Of a stretch of 64,000 nt of DNA, positions 1 to 13,864 are shown piece by piece. Under the pieces are notes generated by a model, which worked only from the letters and a program-made list of their open reading frames with translations, searched no databases and was not told where the DNA came from. Source of the DNA: Priapulus caudatus (Eukaryota); the NCBI RefSeq assembly GCF_000485595.1, contig NW_014577068.1, positions 826,487 through 890,486 of the forward strand, written 5' to 3'. Both the position numbers and the translations under genes were made by a program. Position 1 is the stretch's first letter. Each line of letters begins with the position of its first letter.

Positions 1-1380
1 AGGACTTAACGGGTCGGGTCCAGGGGGCCGTCCTAGGGCCCCTGGTGATCTCACCAGGGGCAGAGCTCTTGCCCGGGGTCCAGGGGGCAGAGACCCCGGA
101 AGCTCTTGGATTTTAGCAATTTAGAACCTTCAAGATAGCCGTTTTTGAGGGAATTAAACAAAATTAAAATTGCAAGTGCAATGTTTGTGAATTCTAAGGT
201 TATTTTTTTCTTTGGATCCCAGAGATTTAATAACACGCAACCCCCCACACACACAACCAGTGGTGGATCCATAAGTGAATTCTATGGGGGGGGGGAGCGA
301 ATCACGTGATCTCAAGGGCATGAAGCGCCCGAGGATAAGGGTGTTGGAGGAGGTGCCTCCCACTGTGTGGAATTGTTAAAAAGTTGCAATCTAAAAGCAA
401 TCAATTTTGGACATCTTTATCATAAAATATCAGAAGGGTTTTCCTCCTTCAGGGGGTGTCCCGCTCCTGTTTAGGGAAGGGGGGGGTCCGGGGGACCTCC
501 CCCAGAAATATTGTTGAAAATAACACTGCTTCGATGCAATTTCTTGCACTCGGAGGCAGCATTATTAAACAATCTTCATCACAATAATATCACTGTTGCA
601 GGGGCGTAAATCCGTACCGAGGAGTGGGGAGGATGATCGGCGATAGCCGGGGGCGAAATTAACCTTGGCTGCCGCAGGCAGGCCTGCGTGCCGTAGGCAT
701 GCCAGTGCTAGGGGGGTCTGGCCCCAGAAAATTTTGAAATATTTAAGCCATTTTCCTGCAATCTGAGGCATACTGTGGGCCATATTCTCATGTCTGATGA
801 CACTATCTCAACCCTAGACTCAACCCTACAAGTTAGGATTAAAAACACTTTTCATGACTTTTCAGAGAGCGTACACAGTTAGGGAACTATATTGTAATAA
901 TACATGTATTACAACACAGGTAAGAATTGCAATTTCTCACAATTTCACGTGTTTTTGTATGTTTGCAACCATACTTTTTGGCTATTCTTTTCTTCTTTTT
1001 TGAATTTTAGGGGGGATATTTGTACAGGCCATCCTCCCCTCCTCCAAGAGCGGGGGGATGCATCCCCCCATCCCCCCTCCTCCAAGAGCGGGGGGATGCA
1101 TCCCCCCATCCCCCCGGGATTTACGCCCCTGCACTGTTGAGTTGAGTATTTTTATCTTTGGGGACACCAAAGACTAAAATACTTACTACTAAATTTGTGC
1201 TATGTACATGTCCTCACTAGGGTTACCCGTGCAGAGTTACCTAGGCTAAAATACCCTTGCCCTGAAAATTCTAGGAGGTGCGACCGCCCCCTGTGCTACC
1301 GACGCCCCACTGACAACTACAGCACTGGAATCATCTCCCCCTGAATTTTTGATAAAACGTATATTTTACTAAGAACGCTA
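1..1380 (+). repeat. Segment duplicated at ~3020-3280 and ~4480-5570 (composite G/C-run MITE cluster)
   Basis: 1-230 is near-identical to 3020-3250; 260-1380 recurs at 4480-5570 with many single-base indels. Confidence 0.8.
599..1131. mobile_element. Non-autonomous hAT-like MITE (noisy second copy at ~4818-5313)
   Basis: TIRs CAGGGGCGTAAATCC / GGATTTACGCCCCTG; exact 8-bp TSD CACTGTTG at 591-598 and 1132-1139. Confidence 0.85.
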
Positions 1381-3364
1381 AAATGTAAATATTCGATTAC
1401 TGTACTGTACTGATTACTACATATATTTCATTTATATGTGTCCAACATATTTTGTATATTTCCAATTATGTTCAATTTTGCTTTTGTTGTATTGTTATCA
1501 TACAAACATTTTGTTCAAATATTTCTCATCATACATCGTATTCTTATGACAGACGCCTTTATATTTAATTAATTTCTCTAAGGGTTGGCTGACTAGATGA
1601 CCGTATGGTCTTTTCGCCATCCCTTCACTGCACGTTATTTATATTTTGTTAAAAAATCTTTGTATCTGCTGATATTGAAAGTGATAAAATAAACTCTTAT
1701 CTGATCTTATCTTATCTTATCTTATCTTTTAGTCTCATGAGTTAATCATATTTTTGTGAATTTTTTTTTGTTATTTTAAGTTTAAATACTCGTATAGATA
1801 TTTTGGTAAGCGCTACAGAGTACAGTTAAATATCGTATCTGTAATTTATTTGTTAGTTTGTAGGCGATGCGACCACGTCATGCCAAGCACGACAACAGTG
1901 GGGTGGGAAAAGAAAATATTTGTTCATGGCTTCATTACAGGATTACAATATGCATCTGTAAAGGATCACAATATGTAGATGTAAAAACACGCACGTATAG
2001 TTCATCATCCACTAACACGTCCCTACTCACGCATGCCGATGTAAGCGGTCATGTATACACGTGCACGAGATCAGCTAGTGACACACAGCCGAATAGATGT
2101 ATTCTGCAACATGTTCCACGAGAGGGAAGCACTGTACAGCAATTTTGCTGCTAGCCAGTATACATGGCTTCCTTGCGCTATCATAACTTCTATATTTTTA
2201 TCACCATACATCACTATCGTAATCGTGTAATTTCTGATTTAGTATCCATCATTTTGTCCCGGGATACGTAAATAGGCTTTAATTATATTGAAGTATACGT
2301 ACAACACATATACCCAACCTAGTTGTGCTTATATATGTTTTTCAGGGCTGAATCTTTGACCCAATATTACCCGACTATTACTTGTAATCTGCTCACCGTT
2401 TCTACTTTCCCTGTGATGCAATTTCACAGATAATTAAAAGTTCGACAAAACACCGACGACTGTAAAATTCGTAAATTATTAGACTAAAAAATCGTTCATG
2501 ATAAAACCGAAATGGTACGCTCACTGGTATATGATAATTGATCGGCAGTCATTTTAAAATAAAAGTTTCATTAGAGAAACTTTACTACACAAATAATAAC
2601 ATATAAACTAGATGAGTATTAATTCGGCATATTATATTACTGGTTAGGCGGGATACTATAGTTGTCTTTGCACAGAGAACAAACGTGAGAATTCTAACAG
2701 CAGGGCGTGCATGCTTCATGGTGCGCCCTGAGACAGGATCGATGGAAACTGGGTCAAATTGGGTCATAGATTGAAAGTCATAACAGTTTTCGGAATAGTG
2801 CAATCTACGGACTGAACTTGAACTTGATATATGGATATTTGCTCATTGAATTCAGTACACATCTATTGTTGCATACATTTGCCAGTTTCATCAGTTACAC
2901 CATCAGTGGCGTAGAGAGGTCCTCAGTTGTTGGGGGGGGGGGGGATGACTTCGCTGTTACATCGCAAAGTATACGAAGAGTGTGCGCGAGTAGCGCACAC
3001 CGCGAGCGCCCTAGCGCGAAGGACTTAACGGGTCGGGTCCAGGGGGCCGTCCTAGGGCCCCTGGTGATCTCACCAGGGGCAGAGCTCTTGCCCGGGGTCC
3101 AGGGGGCAGAGACCCCGGAAGCTCTTGGATTTTAGCAATTTAGAACCTTCAAGATAGCCGTTTTTGAGGGAATTAAACAAAATTAAAATTGCAAGTGCAA
3201 TGTTTGTGAATTCTAAGGTTATTTTTTTCTTTGGATCCCAGAGATTTAATACAACGAGGTCAACCCCCCACCCACACAACACGCCAGCCACACAGGTATC
3301 ATTAACTAAGAGAAATATTACCTTTAATGATTGAAGCCTAAATAATACTGATCATCAACTGTCC

Positions 3365-3670
3365 AATATTGATTCTTAAAGATAATGATTGAAATTCAAT
3401 TAAGTAATCTTCGCCGCATTTCATAGTTTATCTAAAGATAATATTGAACATTAAAGTTAATGGTACTTCGCCGCATTTAAAGTTTGATTCTTAAAGATAA
3501 TGATTGAACATTAAAGTTATGGTAATTTCGCCCGCATTTAATAGTTGATTCTTAAAGATAAGATTGGAACATTAAATAATGGTAAATCGCGGCCGCATTA
3601 ATATTTGATTCTTACAGAGTAAATGATTGCACATTAAAGTTAATGAATTCGCCGCCGCCATTTCTAATAT
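3365..3670 (+). repeat. Minisatellite, ~59-bp unit, ~5 degenerate copies
   Basis: Recurrent GATTCTTAAAGATAATGATTGAACATTAAAGTTAATGGT..TTCGCCGCATTT. Confidence 0.8.
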
Positions 3671-6154
3671 CTGCATACTAAATTAAGATCAAATCACTCA
3701 CTTCATAATCGATTCTTAAATAAGTACTCCAACATACACAGATCACCAATAAAATTTGCCAGCGCGAATCGACGTCCAGAAATGCAGTTCGACCAGACAC
3801 CGACGCCGTGTATTTTACCGTATCACGCTCACTGCCGACAGTAGTCCAGTACACAGTTAACCTGGCAATATGCACAGTTATTATGTAACAACGTAGACGA
3901 ACTCGGCTATCTTATAACACAAGCCCAACATACCGTTTATGGGTGGTGGCGATTTACGCATTAATTAGTCGTACGGAAAAAATATCACGCCCCCCGACCC
4001 TCCCGATTATTTCTTCATCACTGATATTATCCACTTGTTGTGAATCACACCGTTATTGAATTTTGGCCCGCGCAAAAATTTAATGTATCTGCATGGTTCC
4101 ACCAAATATCTTCACATATTTCCAAAAATGGTGTCTCTAATGTTGAGCCAAACTTAGTAATCAAAGAATAATGACACACAGACTTAAGATTAAGCCATAA
4201 AATTGTCTGTGATCCTATTTCAGGTTGAAGGTGAGCATTAACTTGTGATCAAAGATGATGACAAACGAAATAATATTTTAACATTATTAAGAGTTCGACA
4301 TTATCTCCAGTGATTCTTAACCTCTTTAATATTGACTATTAAGTTCATCGATCATTCGAGATGAATTAAGATCAATGCCCAAGTGATAGTAAAAATAAGT
4401 TAATACTCGCACTCTTAACTTAATGATCTCATTATTAAGTAAATAATTCTACTATAAAAGTTAATGATACTTTCCTGGGATGGTGGATCCATATGTGGAA
4501 TTTCTATGGGGGGGGCTAATCACGTGAGTCTCAAGGGCAATGTAAGCGCCCGAGAGAGGGGTGTTGGAGGAGGTTACCCCCCCACTGTGTGCGAATGTTA
4601 AAAAGTTTGCAATCTAAAAGCAATCAATTTGGACTCTTTCATATAAACTATCAGAAGCGGTTTCCTCCTCAGGGGTGTCCCGCTCCTGTTAGGGAAGGGG
4701 GGGGTCCGGGGGACCTCCCTCCAGAAATTATTGTTGAAATATACACTGCTTCGATGCAATTTCTTGCACTTCGGAGGCAACATTACTTAAACAACTCATC
4801 ACAATAATATCACTGTGCAGGGACGTAAATCACACGAGGAGTGGGAGCGAGATCGGCGATAGCGCGGGCGAAATAACCTTGGCTGCCGCAGGCAGGGCCT
4901 GCGGCCGTAAGGCATTGCCAGTAGCTAGGGGTCTGGAGCATGCCCCCCAAAAATTGAAATATTTAAGCCATTTTTCCTGCAATCCTTGAGCATACTGGCC
5001 ATATTCTCATTCCTGATGACCCTATCTCAACCCTAGACTCAACCCTTACAAGTTAGATTAAAAACACTTTTTTCATGATTTTCAGAGAGCGACACAGTAG
5101 GTTACATAATATATAGTAATATACATGTATTAAAACACAGGTAAGCATGCAAGTTTCTCAGCAATATTCACGTTTTTTGTATGTTCGGTCACCATACTTT
5201 GTGGCCTATTCTTTATTTTTTTTTATTTTTGAATCTCAGGAGGGATATTGTTACAGCTATCCCACCCTCCTCAAGAGCGGGGGATGCATCCCCCCCACGG
5301 GATTACGCCCCTGCACTGTTGAGTTTAGTATTTTTTATCTTTGGGGAACACCAAAGACTAAAATACTACTAACTAAATTGTGCTATGATACATGTCCCTC
5401 ACATAGGGTTACCGTGGCAGATTTACCATAGCAAAATACCCTTGCCCTAAAATTCTAGTAAGGTGCGACGCCCCTGTGCTAACGACGCGCCCACTGACAG
5501 ACTACACAGCCTGGACATTCTCCCCCCTGAATTTTTGATAAAACGTATATTTTACTAAGAAACGCTAAAATTGTGCAAAAAAGTATGACAAAAACAACCA
5601 GATTTATACCAAAAAGAGCATATGAAAAACCCCTTATAGAAAATCGGGAATATATACTTCCGGTCGGCTCTCAGCACCCCCAGTGCCCCCCCAAAAAGTG
5701 CTGATGGAAATTTGAAATTTCCCATCTAATCACCCGTGAACATCAATATCGATATTGCGGAAATGCGTTCTAAAAATTAACGTCGATTTTCAGTAAAATA
5801 ATGTCATTCTTGAACCGTTACAGACATCTACGTGTATGGTCACTTTGCCATTTGTTAGTAATACTTAGAGAGACGTGGAAGCGATAGCACTGGTGTATCC
5901 ATATGCCATATGAGAGCATATTATAATGATAGAAAAAAGAATAATATTATATAGAATATATAATATATATAATAATCTATATCATATTATAATGCTGTAT
6001 TCTATAGTGGTTATTATAGCCAAATATTTACATTATGTCATAACTAACAAATAAGAAAAATAGCAAATATATTATTTGTATCAAAATTCTAAGATGTTTT
6101 TTATTTTCAATTCTAAAAAGTTTTAACCTATTCTTTAAACAAATCAAGAGTTAA

Positions 6155-6733
6155 AGACAGTACCTCTAGTTCTAGGTTATTTTCAGCTAATTTAGGGTTA
6201 AATTGCCGGCTACAAAAACGATTCATTGGTTCAATCACCATTAGAAATTTAAAAAATGCTTTAAAACTAACGACTACAGTTTGATTACAACGACGGTGGC
6301 GCCACTCAAAACGCACGATTGAGAAGTTGCCAAAACCACTTCCCCCAGCCAAGGGCTACGACCGGAGGTATTCTTATATTATTCATTAAAAGCAAAAGGA
6401 TTGTTACATATCTATAAAACGACATATATTTCAGTAAATATGAGATAAATTTGCCCTAAAATGAATATCGTTCGGTTAAATAGCATTTTAGCGTATAATA
6501 TAATTTGCACTTTTGTTGATTTAGCCCTCGGTCCATGTTACCTGGCAAAATAAAAATGCAAATACGCAACTTTTTCAGGGTGGCAGCACGGTCGCGGGTG
6601 TCATGGCGCCGTTCAAATTCGTAGCGTTGACTGTGAAATAATTAATTAAGTTCTGTGACAAATACGGGTGTAGAAGATTTGTTATACAGTAAGTACAGTT
6701 GTATGCAGTAAAATCCTAGAGGCTACTGTCCCT
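6155..6733. mobile_element. Kolobok-like non-autonomous DNA transposon, copy 1
   Basis: TTAA on both sides (6151-6154, 6734-6737); imperfect TIRs AGACAGTACCTCTAG / CTAGAGGCTACTGTCCCT; inverted homologous copy at 29359-~31020. Confidence 0.7.
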
Positions 6734-7353
6734 TTAAGTTGCACCAGAAGCAACGCAAAGCGCCAAAAGATGGCGCCACAGAGTCACAAATAACCGGAAT
6801 GCAATCAATGATTTCAATCAGGTCGGAATAACAACAACAGCAACAAACATCGTTTGAATTTGCCAGGAACGTACGGGCAAATTTTCCAATGAATGAAGGT
6901 AAGGACTGACATATTATTTTATCAAGGATCAATCCATAGTTATGATATTATAATTATATATCACCTAATAGACCTAATATCGCTTAGATACAATGTCAAT
7001 AATATACAACGCGTCGCTATGGTTTTCTGTGGAGGAAATTCAGGGAACCCCGGAGTGAATCACTCAGGGCGGTTTGCTGGTGCGTTTTCAGAGACTAGAA
7101 CTTCCAAACTGGGTTTATTCTCAACACGAACCTTTCTCCGCTATCTTGGAACTTACTATGTATCACAATACTCTGTATTAAACTAATATAACCTGTTACA
7201 AAAATTCGAAGTGACGAGCGGCGGATAGTTCGAGCGCCATTTCTATTGACGTGTAACGTACCACGTGGTCGGTGAATCTGCTCTTCAAACCGATATCCTA
7301 TATTATCTTACTCCTGCTAGTACTAATACTATATAGTATAGTACTAGAGCTAG

Positions 7354-7450
7354 TAGTCCGCAAATGCAGACGTTATAACTCCGCTTTGCTAATCTGAGGG
7401 TGCGGGTTTATCATCACCCCCATTACTGGGGTCTGCGTCGGCTCGGACTA
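7354..7450. mobile_element. ~97-bp Academ-like mini-element (further copies: inverted 7603-7699, direct 11758-11854)
   Basis: Termini TAGTCCG..GCAGAC / GTCTGC..CGGACTA; 3-bp TAG duplication flanks copy 1; TAG termini with a 3-4-bp TSD are Academ-like. Confidence 0.55.
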
Positions 7451-7770
7451 TAGAGCTAGTACTATTACTAGCTCCAACAAACGGTCTTTGCTAGGGTTAG
7501 AATACCCCTATACTATTACTAGACAACCCCTGCTTATATAGCAAGCAATTTATTTACTCTAGCTAGTTCCTCATACTGACAATGACAATGGCAGTGGGGC
7601 ATTAGTCTGAGCCGACGCAGACCCCAGTAATGGGGGTGATGATAAACCCGCACCCTCAGATTAGCAAAGCGGAGTTATAACATCTGAATTTGCGGACAAG
7701 GGTTGCATATGATATAAGGCAAGATCACATAGATGATAGAGATGCCAGATAATGTATTAATTGTTTATAT

Positions 7771-8858
7771 TGTAGCGTTTCGTGCTTTCCGGCGACACCC
7801 GATGGCGTCACCAGTCCACACTAAAATGGCTAGCTCACAACCTTAGGTATATCACTCACCCGTTGTGCCCGGAGACGTTGTACTGGCCGTGATCGTCGCC
7901 TCCCGGACCCCGCTAGCCACTCGAGCGCTTCGAAGCTACTGCGCTCCCGCAATAACCTGTTCTGCCGTGTTCCGGTTCGGTGCGTCGTAGCGTTAGTCAA
8001 CCATGCCAGACGAGGGGCATCACACACCACAACGGGGGAACCCCACCCCCGTCTGCCGGCCTTATACGTTACGTTGAATAACGAGTGCACACCCCGGGTA
8101 AGCACAGAGGTTAAACAAGTAGAATAAACTACGAACGCAGCCGGGCATAGGCCTACAGTAACCGGCGGCCTCTCCTCTCGTGCAGCCGTGCACGAGAGTT
8201 AATACTTCTCAATACCCGCACTCTAGCCTAGGAATATTAAACCAACCTGTTTAATATTCGACTACTAATAGTACTGTATTATTCACGCACCCCACAACGA
8301 CAAGGACAATACGACAGTGCCTACTCACCAATTAACCGACGCGCCTGTCTCTCTCACCCATGAGGCAAGGCACACGCCAAACGCCCGTGACCGGTACAGT
8401 ACCTCACCACTGGTGCTCGTACGCTAATTGTCACCATAACCCGCCACACACACAGCTCACAGGCCACTCCACAACATGCATACGCACAGAGTGGACGTGG
8501 CTACTACCTGACGAGTCCTTCCTCACTCGGCTACCAGGACGAACTGCAACACTAGTCCTCCCTCAACCGATTCCCGCCTAGAACTACCGTGTGTCCACAC
8601 GGCACTGGCCTAGCTGTTTACACGGCCAGCGCCACTCACGGCCGCTGGAGGGAGTGGCTAACCCAACATGGCTGCCCCCATGCAGGGACTCGACTATCTA
8701 CATCGTTAATTGATGAGCCGGCAAAACAACACGAAAACGCACACTAATAAACAGCAGACATCACAAATAATTATACAGTCACAAACACAGATCACCCACA
8801 CTCTGGTTCCCAGTGAGCCACCCTGCTAGGAACCCGAGGGTCCGGTGCCACCGCTACA
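7771..8858. mobile_element. Solo LTR (Ty3/Gypsy-like)
   Basis: Starts TGTAGCG and ends CGCTACA; 4-bp TSD ATAT at 7767-7770 and 8859-8862; GC-richer than flanks; no internal coding region. Confidence 0.8.
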
Positions 8859-9422
8859 ATATATAGAAAAAGAAGCTGTCAGGAAATCATTAGATACTAT
8901 ATATAATGCTAATGAAGTAAGGTGTATTGAAATGCTGCACTTTCGCCTTACTGCTGTCATCGAAAATCGGAAATCAAAATACTAACTCGTTCGTACACTC
9001 AGGATACCACTGGCACAATGCTAGCACTATTTTTAAAGTGGGCGGAGCTCCGGGGAAATGCAGCGAATGCCCATTCTTAAACAGCGTATGATTTGAAAGA
9101 GGTAACTGGGCGCACAATCCGCGTACTATTTCGTATCACTATTTTATGAAATTGTCCATTAAATAATGGTCCGATTTGTATTATGTTTGCAACTTTTTAT
9201 GTTTGCAACTTATAGTGAAAACGCCTAAGACCACACGCAAATGGAACCACGGAGAAATCAAAAGCTTCCCTCTCGCCCCCGCTCCCATCTGTACGACCCC
9301 CCTATCTAAGTCGCGAGTTCCTCCCACGTCCCAAATGTCTGCCCTCTGTGTCCCCCGCTAAAATTCCGGACTGTTCGCTGGCAGCTATGGATGCGTGCGC
9401 CGGCCTATGGATTCGGCGCACG

Positions 9423-9493
9423 GATACAATAATGTAACCCAAACACAGGATAGGGTCTTGTCCTATCCTGTGTTTGGGTTACATTATTGTATC
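9423..9493. repeat. Perfect hairpin, 32-bp arms with 7-nt loop
   Basis: GATACAATAATGTAACCCAAACACAGGATAGG-gtcttgt-reverse complement; one arm recurs at ~10571-10602. Confidence 0.85.
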
Positions 9494-9644
9494 TAGGTGA
9501 TGTCATGTAATGGTGCTGTTTAAAATCTGTTTTGTATGGGCCAGGCGGGGAGCGGGGGCACATTTGCGAAAATAATAGGCTGGGGGGGCCTGGGCCTAGT
9601 TTAGGCTTTATCCCGGATTAGTTTAGCACATATATGCAAAACAC

Positions 9645-9968
9645 AGTTCCAGGGTCCCAAACTATCCTTGAGCCGGCCGGCCAGCGAAATTTTTTTCCCC
9701 ACTTGGACCACAGCCAATCAGCGCACTCCATTCAATCGACTTCCTCGAAGCAACAATGTAAAATGAATACTCCCTATCACTAACCCGAACCCGAACTCGA
9801 ACCCTAACACTAACTATAATCCAACCATATATATACGAACCATATATCACAAAACACTATCTATGGTGGGTCCGGAACTCAAGTGGGGAAAAAAAATTCC
9901 CGGCCGGCCAGGCCCCCCAACTAGGATTGTGCAGGCGGAGCACTGGTAGCACTGTCTATGGCTGGACT
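9645..9968 (+). repeat. Duplicated segment (other copy ~11903-12224) with CCCGAA/CCCTAA telomere-like units
   Basis: Near-identical direct copies; the first ends at an N gap. Confidence 0.75.
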
Positions 9969-10190
9969 NNNNNNNNNNACAGAAATGGCGCTCAGTATAT
10001 TCGCCGCTCGTCACTTCGAATTTTTGTAACAGGTTATATTAGTTTAATACAGAGTATTGTGATACATAGTAAGTTCCAAGATAGCGGAGAAAGGTTCGTG
10101 TTGAGAATAAACCCAGTTTGGAAGTTCTAGTCTCTGAAAACGCACCAGCAAACCGCCCTGAGTGATTCACTCAGGGGTTCCCTGAATTTC

Positions 10191-10528
10191 GGGTCATACT
10201 CCATTAGGAGTGTTCCTAGCCACAAGTTCCCATCTCGCTAATAACACTACGTCCTCCGCCGTGTAACAGTCGGAGAGCCTGGTCAGTTTAGAGTGCTCCT
10301 CATTTATCCACAATACACTTCGATGGGTCTGAGGTCTGAACGCATACCTAGTCTCTTTAATGTCATTAATGGTCATAATAACCATATATATATATATTGG
10401 TCATATATTAGTTTGTGGTTTAACGTCATTTGGGTTAGGGTTAGGGGTAGGATTAGGATTATCAATCATTAATCATTAATCATTATAATGATATCAAAGT
10501 TGGGAACACTCCTAATGGAGCATTAGCC
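10191..10528. mobile_element. hAT-like MITE carrying TTAGGG-like tract, copy 1
   Basis: TIR core TACTCCATTAGGAGTGTTCC; exact 8-bp TSD TGAATTTC (10183-10190, 10529-10536). Confidence 0.85.
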
Positions 10529-11539
10529 TGAATTTCCTCCACAGAAAACCGTAGCCCGCGTTGTAACCCTATATCCTGGGTTTGGGTTACATTATTGTAT
10601 CTAAATATCGCTATGCTATGTATTGCTATGCTGCTAAACCCTAACCCAACCAGGCTAATACGCACGTACATTTCAGGGCCGCAGCACAGGAACATCACGG
10701 GAAATTATCGCGTGTAGCAATGGTGAGAAAAAGTCGGAAACGGGCGAGTAGTGTCGCTTAAACGCAGTTTTTCCACACTTCCTGTAAAGTGACATAATGT
10801 TTCTGGGTGGAAATGAACAAACAATTAACACCTTCAAGAACACCCCTGTCGATTTTAAAGGGCCTACCCGGGACCCCCCCATTTACGAAAATGACATAGG
10901 TCTCAATCTGGACATCATCTCTATCCTTGAACCCAAGTGATCTTGAAAAGGGTCGTATCTAGACAATTGGCAGCCCGGATATCCGCGCGAAGCGCAAAAA
11001 AACGCTGCGTAGCGGCACACTTACACAACTTCGCTGCACTCTTTCCAACACCTTAAAAGGGTCCCTTTGGGTATACACGAAAGCCATATATAATCGGTGT
11101 GTACAGCAGTTGTGGCCATTGCAGGACGGCTTTCACTACCCAGGTAGCTAGACATTTGCTAGAGATGCTCGTACAAAATTTTTGGCTACTCGGCGTGCTT
11201 TGTTTTCTGTAAAAAACCGAATTTAAACATTTTTCGTCGAGACACGCCCACGGCGACTGCCATCACCGAGACGTGTCTCGTCACGCGCGCCTACCATGCA
11301 GCGAGCCGAGCTCTGTGCCTGGGCAAATTTCCCGTGATTATACATGACCGGTATACGGCCCGTACGAACGTCAGTCTAGCACATATGCCGTTCGATAGAT
11401 GGCGCCACTACGCTATAAACACACCATCACTACCATCACGTCGTGAGTTTTACCCGTAAATAACTTCATTCAGTTGCCGTTTGTCCTTTAGAGGTGAAAT
11501 GACCAGTGTTATTATTGCATTCCTTCATATTCATAGAAC

Positions 11540-11757
11540 TAGTCTACTATACCTAGTACCTACTACTATAGTACCTATACTTACCTACTACCCTCCCCCC
11601 CCCAGTACTACTACTACTACTACTAGTACTAGTTACTACTACTAGTACTAGTACTACTAGACTACTATACTACTAGTACTCCTACTACTAGTTACTACTA
11701 TAGTACCAGAGCTACTACTACTAGTACTAATACTATATAGTATAGTACTAGAGCTAG
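11540..11757 (+). repeat. (TAC/TAG)n low-complexity tract
   Basis: ACTACTAGT-type repeats visible directly. Confidence 0.85.
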
Positions 11758-12971
11758 TAGTCCGCAAATGCAGACGTTATAACTCCGCTTTTCTAATCTG
11801 AGGGTGGGGGTTTATCATCACCCCCATTACTGGGGTCTGCGTCGGCTCGGACTATAGAGCTAGTACTATTACTAGCTCCATCAAACGGTCTTTGCTAGGG
11901 TTAGTTCCAGGGTCCCAAACTATCCTTGAGCCGGCCGGCCAGCAAAATTTTTTTCCCCACTTGAGTTCCGGACCACAGCCAATCAGCGCACTCCATTCAC
12001 TCGACTTCCTCGAAGCAACAATGTAAAATGAATACTCCCTATCACTAACCCGAACCCGAACCCGAACTCGAACCCTAACACTATATATATACGAACCATA
12101 TATTACAAAACACTATCTATGGTGGGTCCGGAACTCAAGTGGGAAAAAAAAATTCCCGGCCGGCCAGGCCCCCCAACTAGGATTGTGCAGGCGGAGCACT
12201 GGTAGCACTGTCTATGGCTGGACTGTGGACTGGTGGCACTGCTATTGACTATCACCTGGAGCCTGGAGGACTGTAATGAACTATTCTCCATACAGTGATA
12301 CAGATGCAGACAGTGTTAAAATAAACTTTACGATATAGAATTCCAGTTTTGTTATTAGAATCTAAATGGATCACAAATTTCACGAAACGAACAAGATAAA
12401 CCACCAAGTTGCAACTTACATTCGTTTAGGAAGTAGAAAACACGAAATAACTCAAACTAAACATTTAAAACAGCAGATTTTCCAGCTTTATTATACAGAG
12501 TTTGGTGCAATCGGTGCTCGATCATATCCCTCTCCCAGGAGCATAGCTAACCCATTTTGCCTGGGGTGCAAAGCCACGTGCATGGTGTGTTCTGGGATGG
12601 TATCTGCCATTGACCATGTAATATGTATCCACATTTCTCTAGGGCGGCAATTGCCTCCCCCCCCTTCCCCACTAGCTACATGGCCCTGACGTCTGGCATT
12701 TCTCTAAATCGGGATTTAATTGTCGGCCTCAAAAGACAACCTAGACGTGATGCAAGCTAGTTATAATATCTGCAATGTGTAACAGCAATTGGCCTGTTCT
12801 TGATACATGGTAATGAACCAAATGTTGCAAGTATCATATTTTTGCCAATCATGTTAATGGTGTGAATAACAGGAGTGTACAAAAATTGTTATTAAATAAT
12901 ACGAACTTCCAAAAACGTACATATGTGCGCATTTCTAAACAACAAGCAAACCTCTTACTGGATAAGATTCA

Positions 12972-13864
12972 GGGTAGATTCATCAAGCTGCGTACGCAAA
13001 ATATTTTGCGTAAATCTTGTGTACGCATTCGACGTTGCTTAGTTGTGATTCATCAACACAGCTATTTAGTAAATTTTCGTACGATTTCGCGTACGCAAGC
13101 GAGGGCCGTTTTAGGTGCCGATTCATCAAGCTAAAATTACGTAAACCTTTGCGTAACTCTACACGAGCTGACGAGGTGCCGTAAACCACTCGAATTTCTG
13201 CAGGTGTTTCCAGCATACCGCAGCAATGCATTATTTGATTGAGAAAACATTATAAAATTACTACTCAACTAAAAAATAAATAAATAATTACCATACTACA
13301 CAGGCGGCGTTTTTACGCCTTCTTTTGTCATAGCTTGGGCATTGTTTTCGTTATAAGCGAGTCGTAGTTAGCCGTGTACGTGCACACGCACGCACGTGTA
13401 CCGGCACACGCACGCACTTGTACGTGCACACGCACGACGTGTACACGCACGCACGTGTACGTGCACACGCACGCCACGCACACGTGCACAGCACGCACGC
13501 ACGTGTACGTGCACACACGCACGCACATGCACACGCACGCACGCGCGCCCGTGTACGTACACACGCACGCGCACGCACGTGTACGTACGCACGAACGCAC
13601 GTGTACGTGCACACACGTACGTGCACGCATGCACATGCACGCACGCACGTGTACGTGCACACGCACGCACGCACGTGTACGTGCACACGCACGCACGGCA
13701 CGTGTACGTGCACACGCACGCACGCACGTGTACGTGTCGCTGCTTTCATGAGTGTTGAATGCAATCATACAAACGAAAATGAGGACACTATCACAATGAT
13801 GAATCCCACCTACGAGCTTTTGCGTACGCAATACACTTTACGCAACGTTGTGATGAATCCGCCC
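12972..13864. mobile_element. MITE (PIF/Harbinger-like) with internal (GCAC/GTAC)n array
   Basis: TIRs GGGTAGATTCATC / GATGAATCCGCCC; CA(G) on both flanks; internal ACGCACGTGTACGTGCAC array at ~13372-13737. Confidence 0.6.

Larger units (their letters stand above)
7007..10563. mobile_element. Composite long-TIR element (TA-flanked, Tc1/mariner-like) containing nested insertions
   Basis: ~235-bp near-identical inverted arms: 7007-7243 versus 9980-10190 plus 10529-10563; termini TA|CAACGCG ... CGCGTTG|TA; a short N gap lies just before the right arm. Confidence 0.6.
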
